Below are positions 38,935 to 51,200 of a stretch of DNA of 64,000 bases, piece after piece. The position numbers were made by a program, and so were the translations under genes. Every line of letters begins with the position of its first letter. Within the stretch, counting starts at the first letter, position 1. This DNA comes from Azolla caroliniana. Its lineage: Eukaryota > Plantae > Polypodiophyta. Location of the stretch: the NCBI GenBank assembly GCA_043228905.1, contig JBHGNT010000009.1:7440001-7504000 (forward strand), read 5' to 3'. A model generated the notes under the pieces. It did no database searches and was not told the DNA's origin. It saw only the letters and a program-made list of their open reading frames with translations.

Positions 38935-39656
38935 TTCATGATGAAACATAGAGCAAACTCTATGTCGGCCTCTACCTCAACTAGTGCCTCCGGTTCGGAA
39001 GACGTATGGTTCGTCGATTCCGGTGCTTCTAACCATATAACATCGCATCAAGAATGGTTTCGAGAACTTCGATAGCCGGACCTACCCGGCTATGTCGAAA
39101 CCGAAGACGACACTACGCACCCGATTCGACACATCGGCAATGTTCCATTCAGAAAAGAAGGTAAGCAAAATTACATTAAAAATGTCTTGCATGTACCGAC
39201 CATTACGAAGAATTTGGTCTCCGTCGGCCAAATTGTAGAGCAAGGGATGCAAGTTCGATTTAATCAAGGCGGTTGCTTCATCAAAAAAGAGGGTCGACTC
39301 ATCGCACGCGGAAGAAGAGAGGGTCGGATGTTCATTCTTGATTCACACGAGATGAAATCCGCCATGTTCGTGAAAAGCACGAAAGCCGACTCCAACATAG
39401 AGCTATGGCATAAGCGAATCGGCCACATCAATCTCAATAAACTCAAAGCAATGAAATCGAAAGGAGTCGTCATCGAACTCCCGACATTCAAAGAGAAGGA
39501 GATTGAAGGTGTATGGGAAGCGTGCCAATTCGGCAAACAACACCAACACCCATTCCCGAAAGAGCGGAACGTGAGCAAAGGTCTACTCGACGTAGTCCAT
39601 TCCGACGTATGGGGACCGGCACAAACGGCTACATTCGGCAAATGCTGATACTACGT

Positions 39657-40304
39657 TGTCGTGAAGAAAACCGTCCCCTGGCGTAATCGGTGAATAGCAC
39701 ACAGGAACCGGCCCTTCACGTGTGCTCTCTCTTAATATATATAATAGAGAATTAGGTACAGAGAGAGATCCGGGGTAGTTAGATTTGGTAGGTAGGAAGT
39801 AAATGAGGGAGACAGCTCCCCTCTTGACGTTATAAAGGAGAGGGAGACGCAGGGAGAGAAGGAGGGGCATTAAGGAGGACGAAGTGTTGTCGAACCGAGA
39901 CCGAACGCTTCTCCTCTGTCTGTTCTCTGTTGCCCTTCTCTGCAGGTTTCGGGAGGCTCGCGCTGCTTCGAGGAACGCCCGTGTGCTCCCGGCAGGACCT
40001 CCATCCTATTCCCATTTCGTGTGTAGACGAACAGGCATCGGCATCTGTCCGCCGGCCTGTTCGGTTGTAGCTGCTCGCGTGTTCTGCTGTGTACTCATTA
40101 TTCGTTAATATACAAACACTTGCTTCTTCCTGTCTCTGTGTCCCTTCGCGTCTTCTATGTTGACGGGCCACGCCCCTGTGTTTCTTTGCTCATACGTGAC
40201 CGGGCCTCTCTCTCCTTCTCTTTCCCCTTCTATCACCTGCTCTTCGGTTCAAGACCCCGGTGGTCCCGCCTTGTTTCTCCACGCACGCGCGTAACAACGC
40301 GACA
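39657..40304. mobile_element. 648-bp solo-LTR-like insertion with a 4-bp TSD in the integrase of Copia D
   Basis: tgtcg...cgaca; ACGT at 39653-39656 and 40305-40308; removing it restores 'YYVLFIDDFSR'; TATA-like ttataaa near 39830. Confidence 0.85.
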
Positions 40305-41233
40305 ACGTGCTCTTCATCGACGACTTCTCTAGGAACACTTGGATCTACCCAATGTGGCAAAAGAGCGAAGTGTTCGGACACTTCCAAACATTCAAGAATG
40401 AAGTCGAGAAAGCCACAGGATGACATGTACGTTGTCTTTGATCGGATGGCGGCAAGGAGTACTTCTCGGACGATTTCACGGCGTATCTCCGAAAGGAAGG
40501 AATTCGGCGAGAATTCACTTGCCGACACACTCCGCACCAAAATGGAGTAGCTAAGCGCAAAAATTGGCACATCCTCGAAGTAGCGCGGGCCATGATGAAC
40601 GAGAAGCATATGCCCAAGTCATATTGGGCCGAAGCTGCAATTACGACCGTCTACCTAATGAACCGATGCACAACATCTGGCGTGCACGAGGTCACTCCGC
40701 ACGAAAAATACTTCGGAAAGAAGCCAGACTTATTGCACACCCGGATATTCGGCACGATAGTGTACGTGCACATTCCCGACGAGAAGCGTCAAAAGCTTGA
40801 CCCAAAGTCGGAGAAATGTATCCTCGTAGGATACTCACTGGAGCAAAAGGGGTACAATTGCTACAACCCCGCAACTCGAAAATCTCGAGTAAGTCGAGAC
40901 GCCATTTTTTACGAGTCCGCATCCGGGTATGCACCAGAGACGACTCCGACTCCGACTCCGCTCAACCCGGAATCCGCCGAACCAGAGATAGAGGATGAAG
41001 ATCGCCTTACGCGCATGGTCAAAGAAAGTCTGATCACGACCCAACTGAGCGGACCACAAGAGCCTTTGAGCGATCAAAGCACATCACGGCCTAGCCCGAA
41101 GATGGACAAAGGCAAGGCGAAAATGGCGGAATTTGCAGAGATGAGTCGACTCACTCACTCGACAGTGAGTTCGGCGGCTTCGATGTACCAATCGGAGCTA
41201 AGAAAGACCTCATCTCTGCAAATAAAAAACTCC

Positions 41234-44200
41234 TGTCATGATATGGCAAGACTCGAACCCATGACCTTATGCTACATGGGTCGACCTCTTGACCATTAGA
41301 CTATACATTGTAATACGTAAAATATTATTTTCATTTATGTTTTATTATAGAAAATTGATGTATATTCCAGATTTCTCTGGAACATTCTAGAAACTTCAGG
41401 AGTTTTCCTTAGAACACTATAAAAGGAGGCACAAGGCATTATTTCGAACCAAATCGGTTCAACGCTAGTCTTAAGCCTCCTAGCTACTGTACATTTTCTT
41501 CACATAATATATATCTTTTCTTATCATCACTCACTCTCTCTCTCTCTCTCTCTCTCGATCTCTCTCGATCTCTCTCTCCCTCCCTCTCAGTCAATCTTCC
41601 CTTCTCTCGAGAGTTCTTCACCTCTCTTAGTACTAATACTTCTTTTAGTACTAATACTTCTTTTAGTACTAATTCCTTCTTTGTCTTAGTACTGTTCCTG
41701 ACAATTTGAACCGATTTTCCTACCTTCTGTCTCTCTCATTTCCTACTAATCTCTTATTCCTCTTTTCTTTCATCCCATGGCCACTATTAGCACTGATGAA
41801 TATCAATCTGTTTTCTTGGAATTTCAATGCTTGAAAGAGAAGTTCCATGCTTTGGAACAAGAAAACCAACGGTTGCTGGGGGATCTTTAGCAAATCTCCT
41901 TAGAAAGCAGCAAACGCAACAATAGCATGGGGAACTTGTGTTACGCGTGCAACAACTCGAAGCAACCATCGTAGCGATGCAACAACAAGGGCCCGAAACG
42001 CAAGGGATTCATAAAGAATCCAAGATTGGCCTTCCCACGAAGTTCGATGGAACGCGATCGCAGTTTAGAGGGTTCCTTAACCAGGTACGATTAGTTATTC
42101 AAATGCATCCTTCCCGATATCCCACCGATGCATCACGAGTGGGTTTAGTAGGCACTTTGTTAAGTGGCTCAGCGTTGGCATGGTTCGCTCCACTATTAGA
42201 AAAGGAATCTCCATTACTCAACAATTTTGAAGAGTTTCTAAGTGAGTTTAAAGCATGTTTCGGAGATACTAACAGCATCAGGACCGCAATCAACAAAATT
42301 CGGCGATTACGCCAAGGTGACCGTCCAACCTCCGCATACACTGCAAATTTTCGCCTACTCGCCGCCGATATCCCTTGGGATAATCAAGCGTTGATGGAGC
42401 AATTCCGTTATGGTTTACGCAACGACGTCAAGGATTTACTCTTAACCTTCCCCGAAGAGCCAAAGTCCTTAACAGAAGCAATCAGTCGCGCGGTGAGATG
42501 TGACAACCACCTCTTTGAGCGACGTTCGGAACGACAGCTACAGATGCCGAGGGCAAGATCAGAGCCCACCTACGCCTCAGTGGTAGCAAGACCTTTTCCG
42601 AGGGAGTCATATAATGCGCCTCTAGCGAATACTCCGACTCCGATGGAGATTGACACTACACGTCGTCGAGGGCCATTATCCGAAGAAGAAAAATAGCGAC
42701 GCCGTACAAATCGACTATGTCTTTACTACGGTGGACCAGGACATATTGCAATAAATTGCCCCCATAGGCCAAGAAGACAGGTAAACCAAATAGTCGCTAG
42801 TTCTAATTGTACTAAACCCGAGCCTATTTCAGTAGGGATATCTGATAGTCCTAATAGTACTAATAGCCCAGATCTAGCGAACAGATTTGATGTCCTTAGT
42901 CAGTTAGAAGAAGAGTTAAACGACTAAGTCCAGCCAAAATAGGAGCCGTTTGGTTGGATAACCCTAGATCTGTGCAGCCCATTAGTGGTTCCATTCCCTC
43001 TAAGCAAGTTAGTGATGTGTTTGTAGCCCAAGTAATAGTTAGTACTAAAAGTACCCCTCCAGTACATGTCCTAGCACTCCTAGATTCCGAAGCTAACTCT
43101 TGCTTTATGGATAAGAAATTTGATCAAGCTCATAAGATATCCCTAAGAAAACTCTAGTGTCCAGCCTCTATAGTAGTCATTGATGGACGTCCAATTGCTC
43201 CCGGAAATATCATAGAAGAGTCAGAGCCCATTAATATTGTCCTAGATAACTTAGCATGTGTAGTATCATTTAATATTATTAGTATCCCAGAACATCCCAT
43301 AGTTTTAAGATTACCGTGGTTCGAGTTACATACCCAGACATAGATTGGAGAACAAGAGAAATCCGGTGTCAACAAACCCAAGGGTCAACTCAGAAGATGG
43401 CAACCATTTCGCTACGTCAGTTGCGTAAAGAAGGGCGCAAGGAGGAAATGTTCCTCTTTGCAATATCAGTAAACCCCTCCAGCACCACTAAAGAAGAATC
43501 CACCGTTCAACTTCCCGAGAAGTGTCGTCATTACGCCGATGTGTTCGATAAAGTACAAGCCAATACACTTCCTCATCATCGACCGTACGATTGCCCCATC
43601 GATTTACAACCGGGAAAAGAGCCGCCATGGGGACCGATCTACAATTTGTCACCAACCGAGCTAGAAGTCCTTCGGGCCTATATAGAGGAGAATTTGGAAA
43701 ATGGTTTCATTCAACATTCCAAATCTCCAGCCGGCGCGCCCATTTTCTTCGTCAAGAAAAAGGATGGATCGCTTCGTCTCGTTGTAGATTATCGTGGCTT
43801 GAATAAGGTTACAATCAGGAATAGGTATGCTCTTCCCCTTATCTCAAGTCTTTTAGAATGGATCAGTGGTGCCAGGTTCTTCACGAAGATCGACTTACGG
43901 GGAGCATATAACCTCGTACGGATCCGACCAGGAGACAAATGGAAGACCGCGTTTCGCACCAGATATGGGCACTTCGAGTATAGGTCATGCCGTTCGGCCT
44001 CATTAATGCGCCGGCAGTCTTCCAGCACATGGTTAATGATATATTCCGAGATCTATTGGATGATTGTTTGATCATCTATTTGGATGATCTACTGGTTTAT
44101 TCAAAGACCCAAGAAGAACATGATTCTCATGTACTATTAGTACTAAAATGACTTCAAGAACATGGGTCTGTATGCAAAGCTGGAAAAATGTAGTTTCAGG

Positions 44201-46940
44201 TGCAACCAAGTGGAATTTCTCGGCTACATCATTTCGTCAGAAGGCATCTCCATGGACCTAGCTAAGGTTAAAACGGTGGTAGAATGGCAGACTCCGCATT
44301 CAGTGCGGGATGTGCAATGCTTCCTAGGCTTTGCCAATTTTTACCGGAAGTTCATACAAGATTACTCAAAGATCGTTCTACCTCTCACACAACTTACCAG
44401 GAAGGGACAACCGTTCATCTGGTCTGAAGAAACGGACATGGCTTTCGAGATTCTTAAAAAGGTCTTTACATCGGCTCCAATTCTAGCTCATGTAGATCCA
44501 GAAAAACCATTCATTATCGAAGCTGACGCATCGGATTTTGCATTGGGGAGCATTCTGTCACAACAAGGGAATGATGAGAAGCTACATCCTGTGGCTTTTC
44601 ACTCACGCAAGTTTGACGCCGCCGAAATCAACTACGAAATTCATGATAAGGAGCTATTGGCAATAGTGGATTCTTTTATGCAATGGAGGCATTTTCTGGA
44701 GGGTTCCTCTCATCCGGTCACCGTATTTAGTGACCACAAGAACCTTGCCTACTTTCAGGATGCTCGTGTGTTAAATCGACGTCAAGCTCGGTGGGCCCAC
44801 TTCCTCACGTATTTCGACTTCAAAATTAAATATCGTCCGGGGAGGCACCAAGGGAAGGCAGATGCATTATCACAACGTTTGTATCTAGCACCCCGTCCCG
44901 GCGAGCCAGCTTTCGATAACCTAAAACAAGTCATCTTGGGACCGGCACAACTACAAGCAACACAGATCTTTGACATGCCCATGGATTCCAGCGTTATCGA
45001 TACCATATACGAAGACTTGAAGACAAATGCGTTCGCCCAAGCTATACTAGCACAAATTGATCCCTCTCGAGCATCGTGTTCACAGTCGCAACCACCAGGT
45101 ACGGACTATCGGCAATTCAAATACCATGATGGATTACTCTTCTTTAAAGAACTTTTGTATGTTCCTAATGGTTCTTGCCGCTTTCAAGTAGTACAAAACT
45201 GTCATGACACATATACAGTTGGGCATTTTGGTAGTACTAAAACATTACATTTAGTACAACGATCATTTTGGTGGCCCTATATGTGACAATTTGTCGAGGA
45301 TTTTGTTCGGACTTGTGATACATGCTGCAGAGCGAAAATGCCAAGGCATCATCCATATGGTTTATTAGAACCATTACCAATTCCAAGCAAGCTGTGGCAA
45401 TCCATTGCTCTAGACTTCATCACAGATCTTCCAATCTCTAAGGGGTTCAATGCGATTCTAACGGTGGTTGATCGATATACGAAGATGGCTCATTTCTTGC
45501 CATGTACTAAGGAGATCTCCAGTGAAGACACTGCCGAAATTGTCATGTGTGAAGTATGTCGGCATCATGGACTTCCCGATAGTATCATCAGCAACCGTGG
45601 ACCCCAGTTCGTGTCAAAATTCTGGAAGCACCTTTTTAACACGCTCAAGGTCATTTGTAACCTCTCCTCCGGCTACCACCCACAAACCAACGGCCAAGCG
45701 GAACGAACCAATCAAACGCTGGAGCAGTATCTATGATGCTTTCTCAACTATCATCAGGATGACTGGGCAGATATTCTCCACTTCGCCGAATTTGCCTATA
45801 ACAACTCTATCCACGTATCCACTAAAGTTATGCCATTTTATGCTTATACGGGATGTCACCCCTGGTGGTGTGTACTTGAAACCCTAGAGGTGTCCACAAA
45901 TCCTTGCGCAGAGGATCGTTTGGAGAGGTTACGCAAGATACAAGCGGATTTATCTACTCATCTCCAACAAGCTCAACAAACACACAAGGTTTATGCGGAT
46001 CGTCATCGACTCCCATCTAGTTTTAACATTGGAGATTGGGTATGGCTACTCCGATGACACATCAAGACTACTCGCCCATGCGAAAAGTTGGATTATCAGC
46101 GATTAGGTCCTTTCCGTATTATAGGAAAGATTAATGATGTCGCTTTTCGTCTTGATCTACCTCCACAACTTCGGATACATCCGATGTTTCATAGTTCTCT
46201 CCTCGAACCCTATCAAGAGAGCACCATCCCAGGACGTATTACATAGCCTCCACCCCCGATCGAGCTTGAAGATGGACCTGAGTACGAGGTTGCCGCCATC
46301 CTTGATTCCAAGCTTGTTCGCAACAAGCTCTACTATCTAGTCGATTGGCTACGATATAGTCCCAGCGAGCGTACTTGGGAACCGATAGAGAATGTCACCA
46401 ATGCTCGTGCTCTTCTTGAAGACTTCCATCGTCAATATCCAGACAAACCGGGTCCTCAATCCAAAACGACTCGTTACACTTGTCGTTTTAAAGGGAGGAT
46501 AGTGTCATGATATGGCAAGACTCGAACCCATGACCTTATGCTACATGGGTCGAGCTCTTGACCATTAAACTATACATTATAATACATAAAATATTATTTT
46601 CATTTATGTTTTATTATAGAAAATTGATGTATATTCCAGATTTCTCTAGAACATTCTAGAAACTTCAGAAGTATTCCTTAGAACACTATAAAAGGAGGCA
46701 CAAGGCATTATTTTGAACCAAATCGGTTCAACGCCAATCTTAAGCCTCCTACCTACTGTACATTTTCTTCACATAATATATATCTTTTCTTATCATCACT
46801 CTCTCTCTCTCTCTCTCTCTCGATCTCTCTCTCCCTCCCTCTCACTCACTCTTTCCTTCTCTCGAGAGTTCTTCACCTCTCTTAGTACTAATACTTCTTT
46901 TAGTACTAATTCCTTCTCTGTCTTAGTATTGTTCCTGACA
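41234..46940 (+). mobile_element. Ty3/Gypsy chromovirus E, Tcn1/Tf1-sushi-like, nested in Copia D. LTRs 41234-41703 and 46503-46940
   Basis: TSD actcc/actct; sushi-type gag (PTKFDGTRSQFRGFLNQ), protease ALLDSEA, RT ([21 protein letters not shown]), RNase H, integrase, chromodomain EYEVAAILDS..YYLVDW..YSPSERTWEP; PPT aaagggaggatag; no tRNA PBS. Confidence 0.95.
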
Positions 46941-49150
46941 ACTCTGTCGCTCCACCCGTGAAAAGAACCCCGTAAGTCGATTCGGCTACAACAATTATAT
47001 GGCATACCATTATGCCTTTGCGATGAAGGTGGCGACAGTACACAAGCCGGAAACTTTTTCCGAAGCAACCAAGGATCCGCGATGGATCGAAGCCATGAAC
47101 GAGGAGTTGCAGGCACTATGCAAGAACGAGACATGGGATCTCATTCCCACCTCACCACACAAAAAGGCGATCGGATGCAGATGGATTTACAAAGTGAAGT
47201 ACAACGTTGACGGTTCCGTCAACCGCTAAAAAGCGCGACTCGTAGCGAAAGGCTACGCCCAAACGCATGGAGTTGACTACGAGGAGACCTTTGCCCCGGT
47301 GGCAAAGATGACGACGGTACGGACCGTAATTGCGCTTGCCGCGGCGAAAGGGTGGCACCTCCATCAAATGGACGTCAAGAACGCCTTTCTACAGGGCGAA
47401 TTAGAAGAGGTGTACATGATACAACCACCCGACTTCGAATCACGCATTCATCCGAAAGTTGTGTGCCGACGCAAGAAGCCACTCTATGGCCTCAAGCAAG
47501 CACCGCGTGCTTGGCATTCGAAGATAACGCAATATCTTCATCAAATCGGCTTCCATATGTCAAAATCGGATAACTCCCTCTACATACGAAGCGATTCCGC
47601 AAGCCCGATCGTCATCATCTTATATGTGGATGACCTAATCATTGGAGGTGAGCATCTCGTCAAAATCAATAAGGTCAAATCCCTCCTTTCTGACAAGTTT
47701 GAGATGACGGACATGAAGGAGCTCCACTACTTCCCCAGCATCGAGGTAATTCGGACTCCGGCCGGAATCATGATCTCTCAATGGCACTACATCCTCAACT
47801 TGTTATACAAGTTCAGGATGGTTGAGTGCAAATCTGCGACAACCCCACTCGATCGCAATCTCAAACTCGATTCGAACTCCGGCACCAAAGCGTGTGAGCC
47901 GACCCAATATCGGCAACTCATCGGAAGTCTCATCTACCTCACGATCACATGACCCGATCTCAGTTATCCGGTCGGTCTCCTTAGCCAGTTCATGCAAACA
48001 CCGCGTGACACTCACTTGGATTGCGCTAAGCGAGTTCTACGATACGTGAGCGGCACAATGGATTGTGGCATCCTCTACAAGACTGCGATGCCAATACGAC
48101 TCGAGGGGTACACAGACGCCGATTGGGCCAGCTACAAAGCCGATAGAAGATCAACCTCCGGATTTGTTTTCTCCCTCGGCAGCGGAGTAATATCCTGGAG
48201 TAGCAAGAAGTAGCCTACCGTCGCTCTTTTGAGTACAGAGGCGGAATACAGGGGACCAGCCGTAGCTGCATGTGAAGTCGTATGGCTCAAGAGGATTTTG
48301 AAGGATCTAGGCGTTCCCATCAAAGATCTGACTCCCCTTTACTGCGACAACATGAGCAGTATTTATTTGGCTCGGAACCCGGTGTTCCACGCACGGACAA
48401 AGCACATCGAAGTGCACTATCACTTCATTCGAGAGCGCGTTCTAGCTGGCGATGTCGACCTACAACACATTAGCACCAATCTTCAAACGGCCGACATCTT
48501 CACTAAAGCTTTAGGAGCCGACAAGTTAAGGCAATTCATGACCGATCTCGGATTGACGATCCCTGACCTGCCAAGCTTGAGGGGGCAAGACACTACGCAA
48601 TCGCAATAACGCGTAGATTCCGCAACCGCGCAATGAAGCCGCGAAGAGCCGATCTACCGCGCAAAGCCGCGAAGAAAGACGCAAGCTGAAGCACAGACTT
48701 CGCAACTACACACAACGCAAGCTGGAGCACGGATTCCACAACTCCGCATAAATGTGAGTCGACACGGATTCCAGAACGCGAGTCGAAGCGGATTTCGGAT
48801 ACCGTCTGAAACCGGCCCGACTTGAGCTTGAGGGGGCGTGTTGAGAATCAAGCTCAACATGGTCTAGTGTGTGAACTCACCTTGAGAGTGAATAGACACT
48901 CCAACGGTCAAGAGTCACCATTATGTCACCTCTTTGTATTCTAGCATTTAGTATGAGTCATAGAATCATATTCTATGACACATAACTTATGAGCTTTCAC
49001 ATTCCCCATGCTCCATGAGTCTTGTAGTTAATGAAGAGAGAGGGTGACTATATAAAGCACCCTCCTCCCACCTTGTAGTTGGTTGAGTCTTTCTCCTTTG
49101 TTAATATACTTTTACCTTGCGTACTCTCTGTGTCTTACTCCTTGTCTCTC

Positions 49151-49197
<47 letters not shown>

Positions 49198-49850
49198 CAC
49201 ACACACAGTTCACACCTATTCCGCTACACAAGAATCATACCCGATTCTTTACATTTCATTACATACCCCATAGGGGGTTTATATAATATATCCAATGTAA
49301 CGGTTACATGATCGTTATAAATAAGATCATTACGCATTCTTGTACACATGCACATAATTGTGCATGTGTCCATACACATACTCATCCTCACACACTCATT
49401 TACTTTACACATACACATCAACCACATCATTACACATACCCTTATGCCTCCCCGTATATTCTTACGGGTAACAGGGAACACTAGGCAGCTATAAAATGGA
49501 TACTCATGTACTTGAAAGGCACCTCAAGGGTATGCCTCAGTTATGGTTTCAGAAAACCTATGCTCAAAGGTTTTACCAACTCAGACACATCAAGTTATGT
49601 GATGACCTATGCATGAGGAGCAGTGTCATGGCAATCGAGATTACAAAAGGTTGTGGCTTTGTCGACCACAGAGGCAGAATATATGGCTGCAATAGAGGTT
49701 AGAAAGGAGCTAATATGGATGAAGAATTTTCTCAGTGAATTAGGAATGAAACAAGAAAAATTCTTACTCCATTGTGACAATCAGAGTGCCATACATCTAA
49801 CTAAGGACGCTGCTTACCTCTCCCGGACCAAGCACATACAAAGAAGATAT

Positions 49851-50000
49851 CACTGGTTACGAGACAAAGTGGATGAGGAAGAGTTTACCCTTGTGAAGAT
49901 CCATATTGATGGTAATGGATCTGACACTGGTTACGAGACAAAGTGGATGAGGAAGAGTTTACCCTTGTGAAGATCCATATTGATGGTAATGGATCTGACA
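49851..50000 (+). repeat. Perfect 74-bp tandem duplication in the RNase H of Copia F
   Basis: cactggttacgagacaaag...ggatctga occurs at 49851 and 49925, with CA microhomology. Confidence 0.92.
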
Positions 50001-50879
50001 TGCTCACGAAAACCCTACCTATGGATAGACTCAGAGCTTGTTGACAGAAGACTAGATTAGTTGACTCTCCTTATAAGAGTGAAGGGGGAGTTTGTTAGGG
50101 TTTTGTCCCTCCTAATGAGAGAAGTTGGTAGTCGAATTGGAGGAGTTGACAAACCGAATTCAAGATGGTCGATCAGATCAACCAGCGAATCAACTTGGTA
50201 GTCGACTAAGTATAGGAATAATGGTAGTCAAATGTATTGGATGGATGATCCAAGTGAAAGACTAGGCCGACTAGTCGGCCTGACCTGATGGTCGAAGACT
50301 AGGCCAACTAGTTGGGCCGACCTGATGGTCGAAGACAAAGTCTGATAGTCAGACCGACTGGATAGTCGACATAGGAGTCGGCTAGTCGAATCGACTAGAC
50401 TGTCGACTTGTGGGTCAGACAGTCAAGTCGACCAGTCGATTAACTGTTGTTATTATTATTATATAATAATAACGCTTTTATAAATATGTGGAGCTAGGGA
50501 AAACTTTATAGGGAAGAAGGTGAAAGTTGAGTGTAATATAGTAGTACTACATAGAGAAGGAAGGAGACAAGAGAGGAAGTGAGTGTAGGCATGGTTAGAG
50601 GAACTTGCCAAAACCCTAAGTGGGGATTCTCTGATCATCAAAGATTTGTAATCTGTTTTTCTTGTACTTCTATCCATAGTGAAAAATCTATTGCCCCATG
50701 GTTTTTCCCTGTTTTAGGGTTTCCACGTAAATGTTGTGCACTGTGTATTTTGTTTTCTGTTTTGTGCTTTCAGCTCATCCTTCTTGCTTAACCTACGGTC
50801 CTAAATTCAACAAAAGGTATAATGTGTAGAGTGCAAAGGTATTGAGTAATCTTTTATCTGCATCTATAAGGGTTGTCAT

Positions 50880-51200
50880 AAGGATGACTTTTGGAAATTT
50901 GGCGATGGAAAGAAATTCATGACTCCTTATCAATGCATTATATGCCAGACATTGCATTTTCAAATGAGTGTGGTTAGCTTACACATGTCAAATTCTTAAC
51001 TATGTTATGGTAATTATATGCCAGACATTGCATTTTCAAATGAGTGTGGTTAGCTTACACATGTCAAATTCTAGAAGGATGCTATCAAGATGATATTTAG
51101 ATATCTAATTGGCACTAAGTATAAGTGTTTATGTTTGGGTAAATGTAATATTGTATACACAAATTATTGGATATACGGATTATGCCAAATGTTCTGATTA
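50880..51200 (+). mobile_element. Old Copia RT scrap with a ~60-bp near-tandem duplication
   Basis: 'PDIAF..SVVS' and 'DAIKMIFRYLIGTK'; attatatgccagacattgc...gtcaaattct occurs twice (~50937 and ~51013). Confidence 0.6.

Larger units (their letters stand above)
37323..49253 (+). mobile_element. Ty1/Copia element D (B/C lineage) inserted in the 5' LTR of H. LTRs 37323-37714 and 48839-49253
   Basis: Perfect TSD TTTCA; PBS aggtatcagagc 37715-37726; PPT gagggggcg before 48839. Gag from ~37888, WFVDSGAS, integrase, RT 47299-47952 and RNase H to 48609, with stops and frameshifts. Confidence 0.95.
34124..49473 (-). mobile_element. Non-autonomous tRNA-Arg-primed LTR element H with an extra inverted LTR. 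+LTR 34124-34469 with partial PBS 34474-34487; -3'LTR 34488-34819; internal region 34820-37169; PBS 37170-37187; -5'LTR 37192-37322 and 49254-49473
   Basis: Three highly similar LTR copies. PBS tggcacgcttggtgggac matches the 3' end of plant tRNA-Arg as I recall it (Tat/Ogre-like priming). Outer TSD gagaa/gggaa; the host RT frame rejoins across it. No gag/pol recognised inside. Confidence 0.88.
32200..50812 (+). mobile_element. 5'-truncated Tnt1/Tork-like Ty1/Copia element F (RT ~32640-34123, RNase H 49474-50060, 3' LTR 50093-50812), preceded by a fused gag/PR scrap of the B/C/D family. Outermost host of a four-layer nest
   Basis: 'LPKGKRALRNKWVFKLK', 'LLYVDDMLVVG', 'VPYASAVGSLMYAMV..RPNIAFAV..VSRYMSNSGRE' resuming as 'H*AAIKWIL' at 49479, 'SWQSRLQKVVALSTTEAEY'; PPT gaagggggag 50081-50090. 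The 3' LTR end is less certain. Confidence 0.82.

Noticed and set aside
34124-49473. DIRS-like element or DNA transposon with long terminal inverted repeats
   Set aside because: The repeats are typical LTRs (TG..CA, adjacent tRNA PBS, 5-bp TSD), a direct-repeat pair is present, and there is no tyrosine recombinase or transposase.
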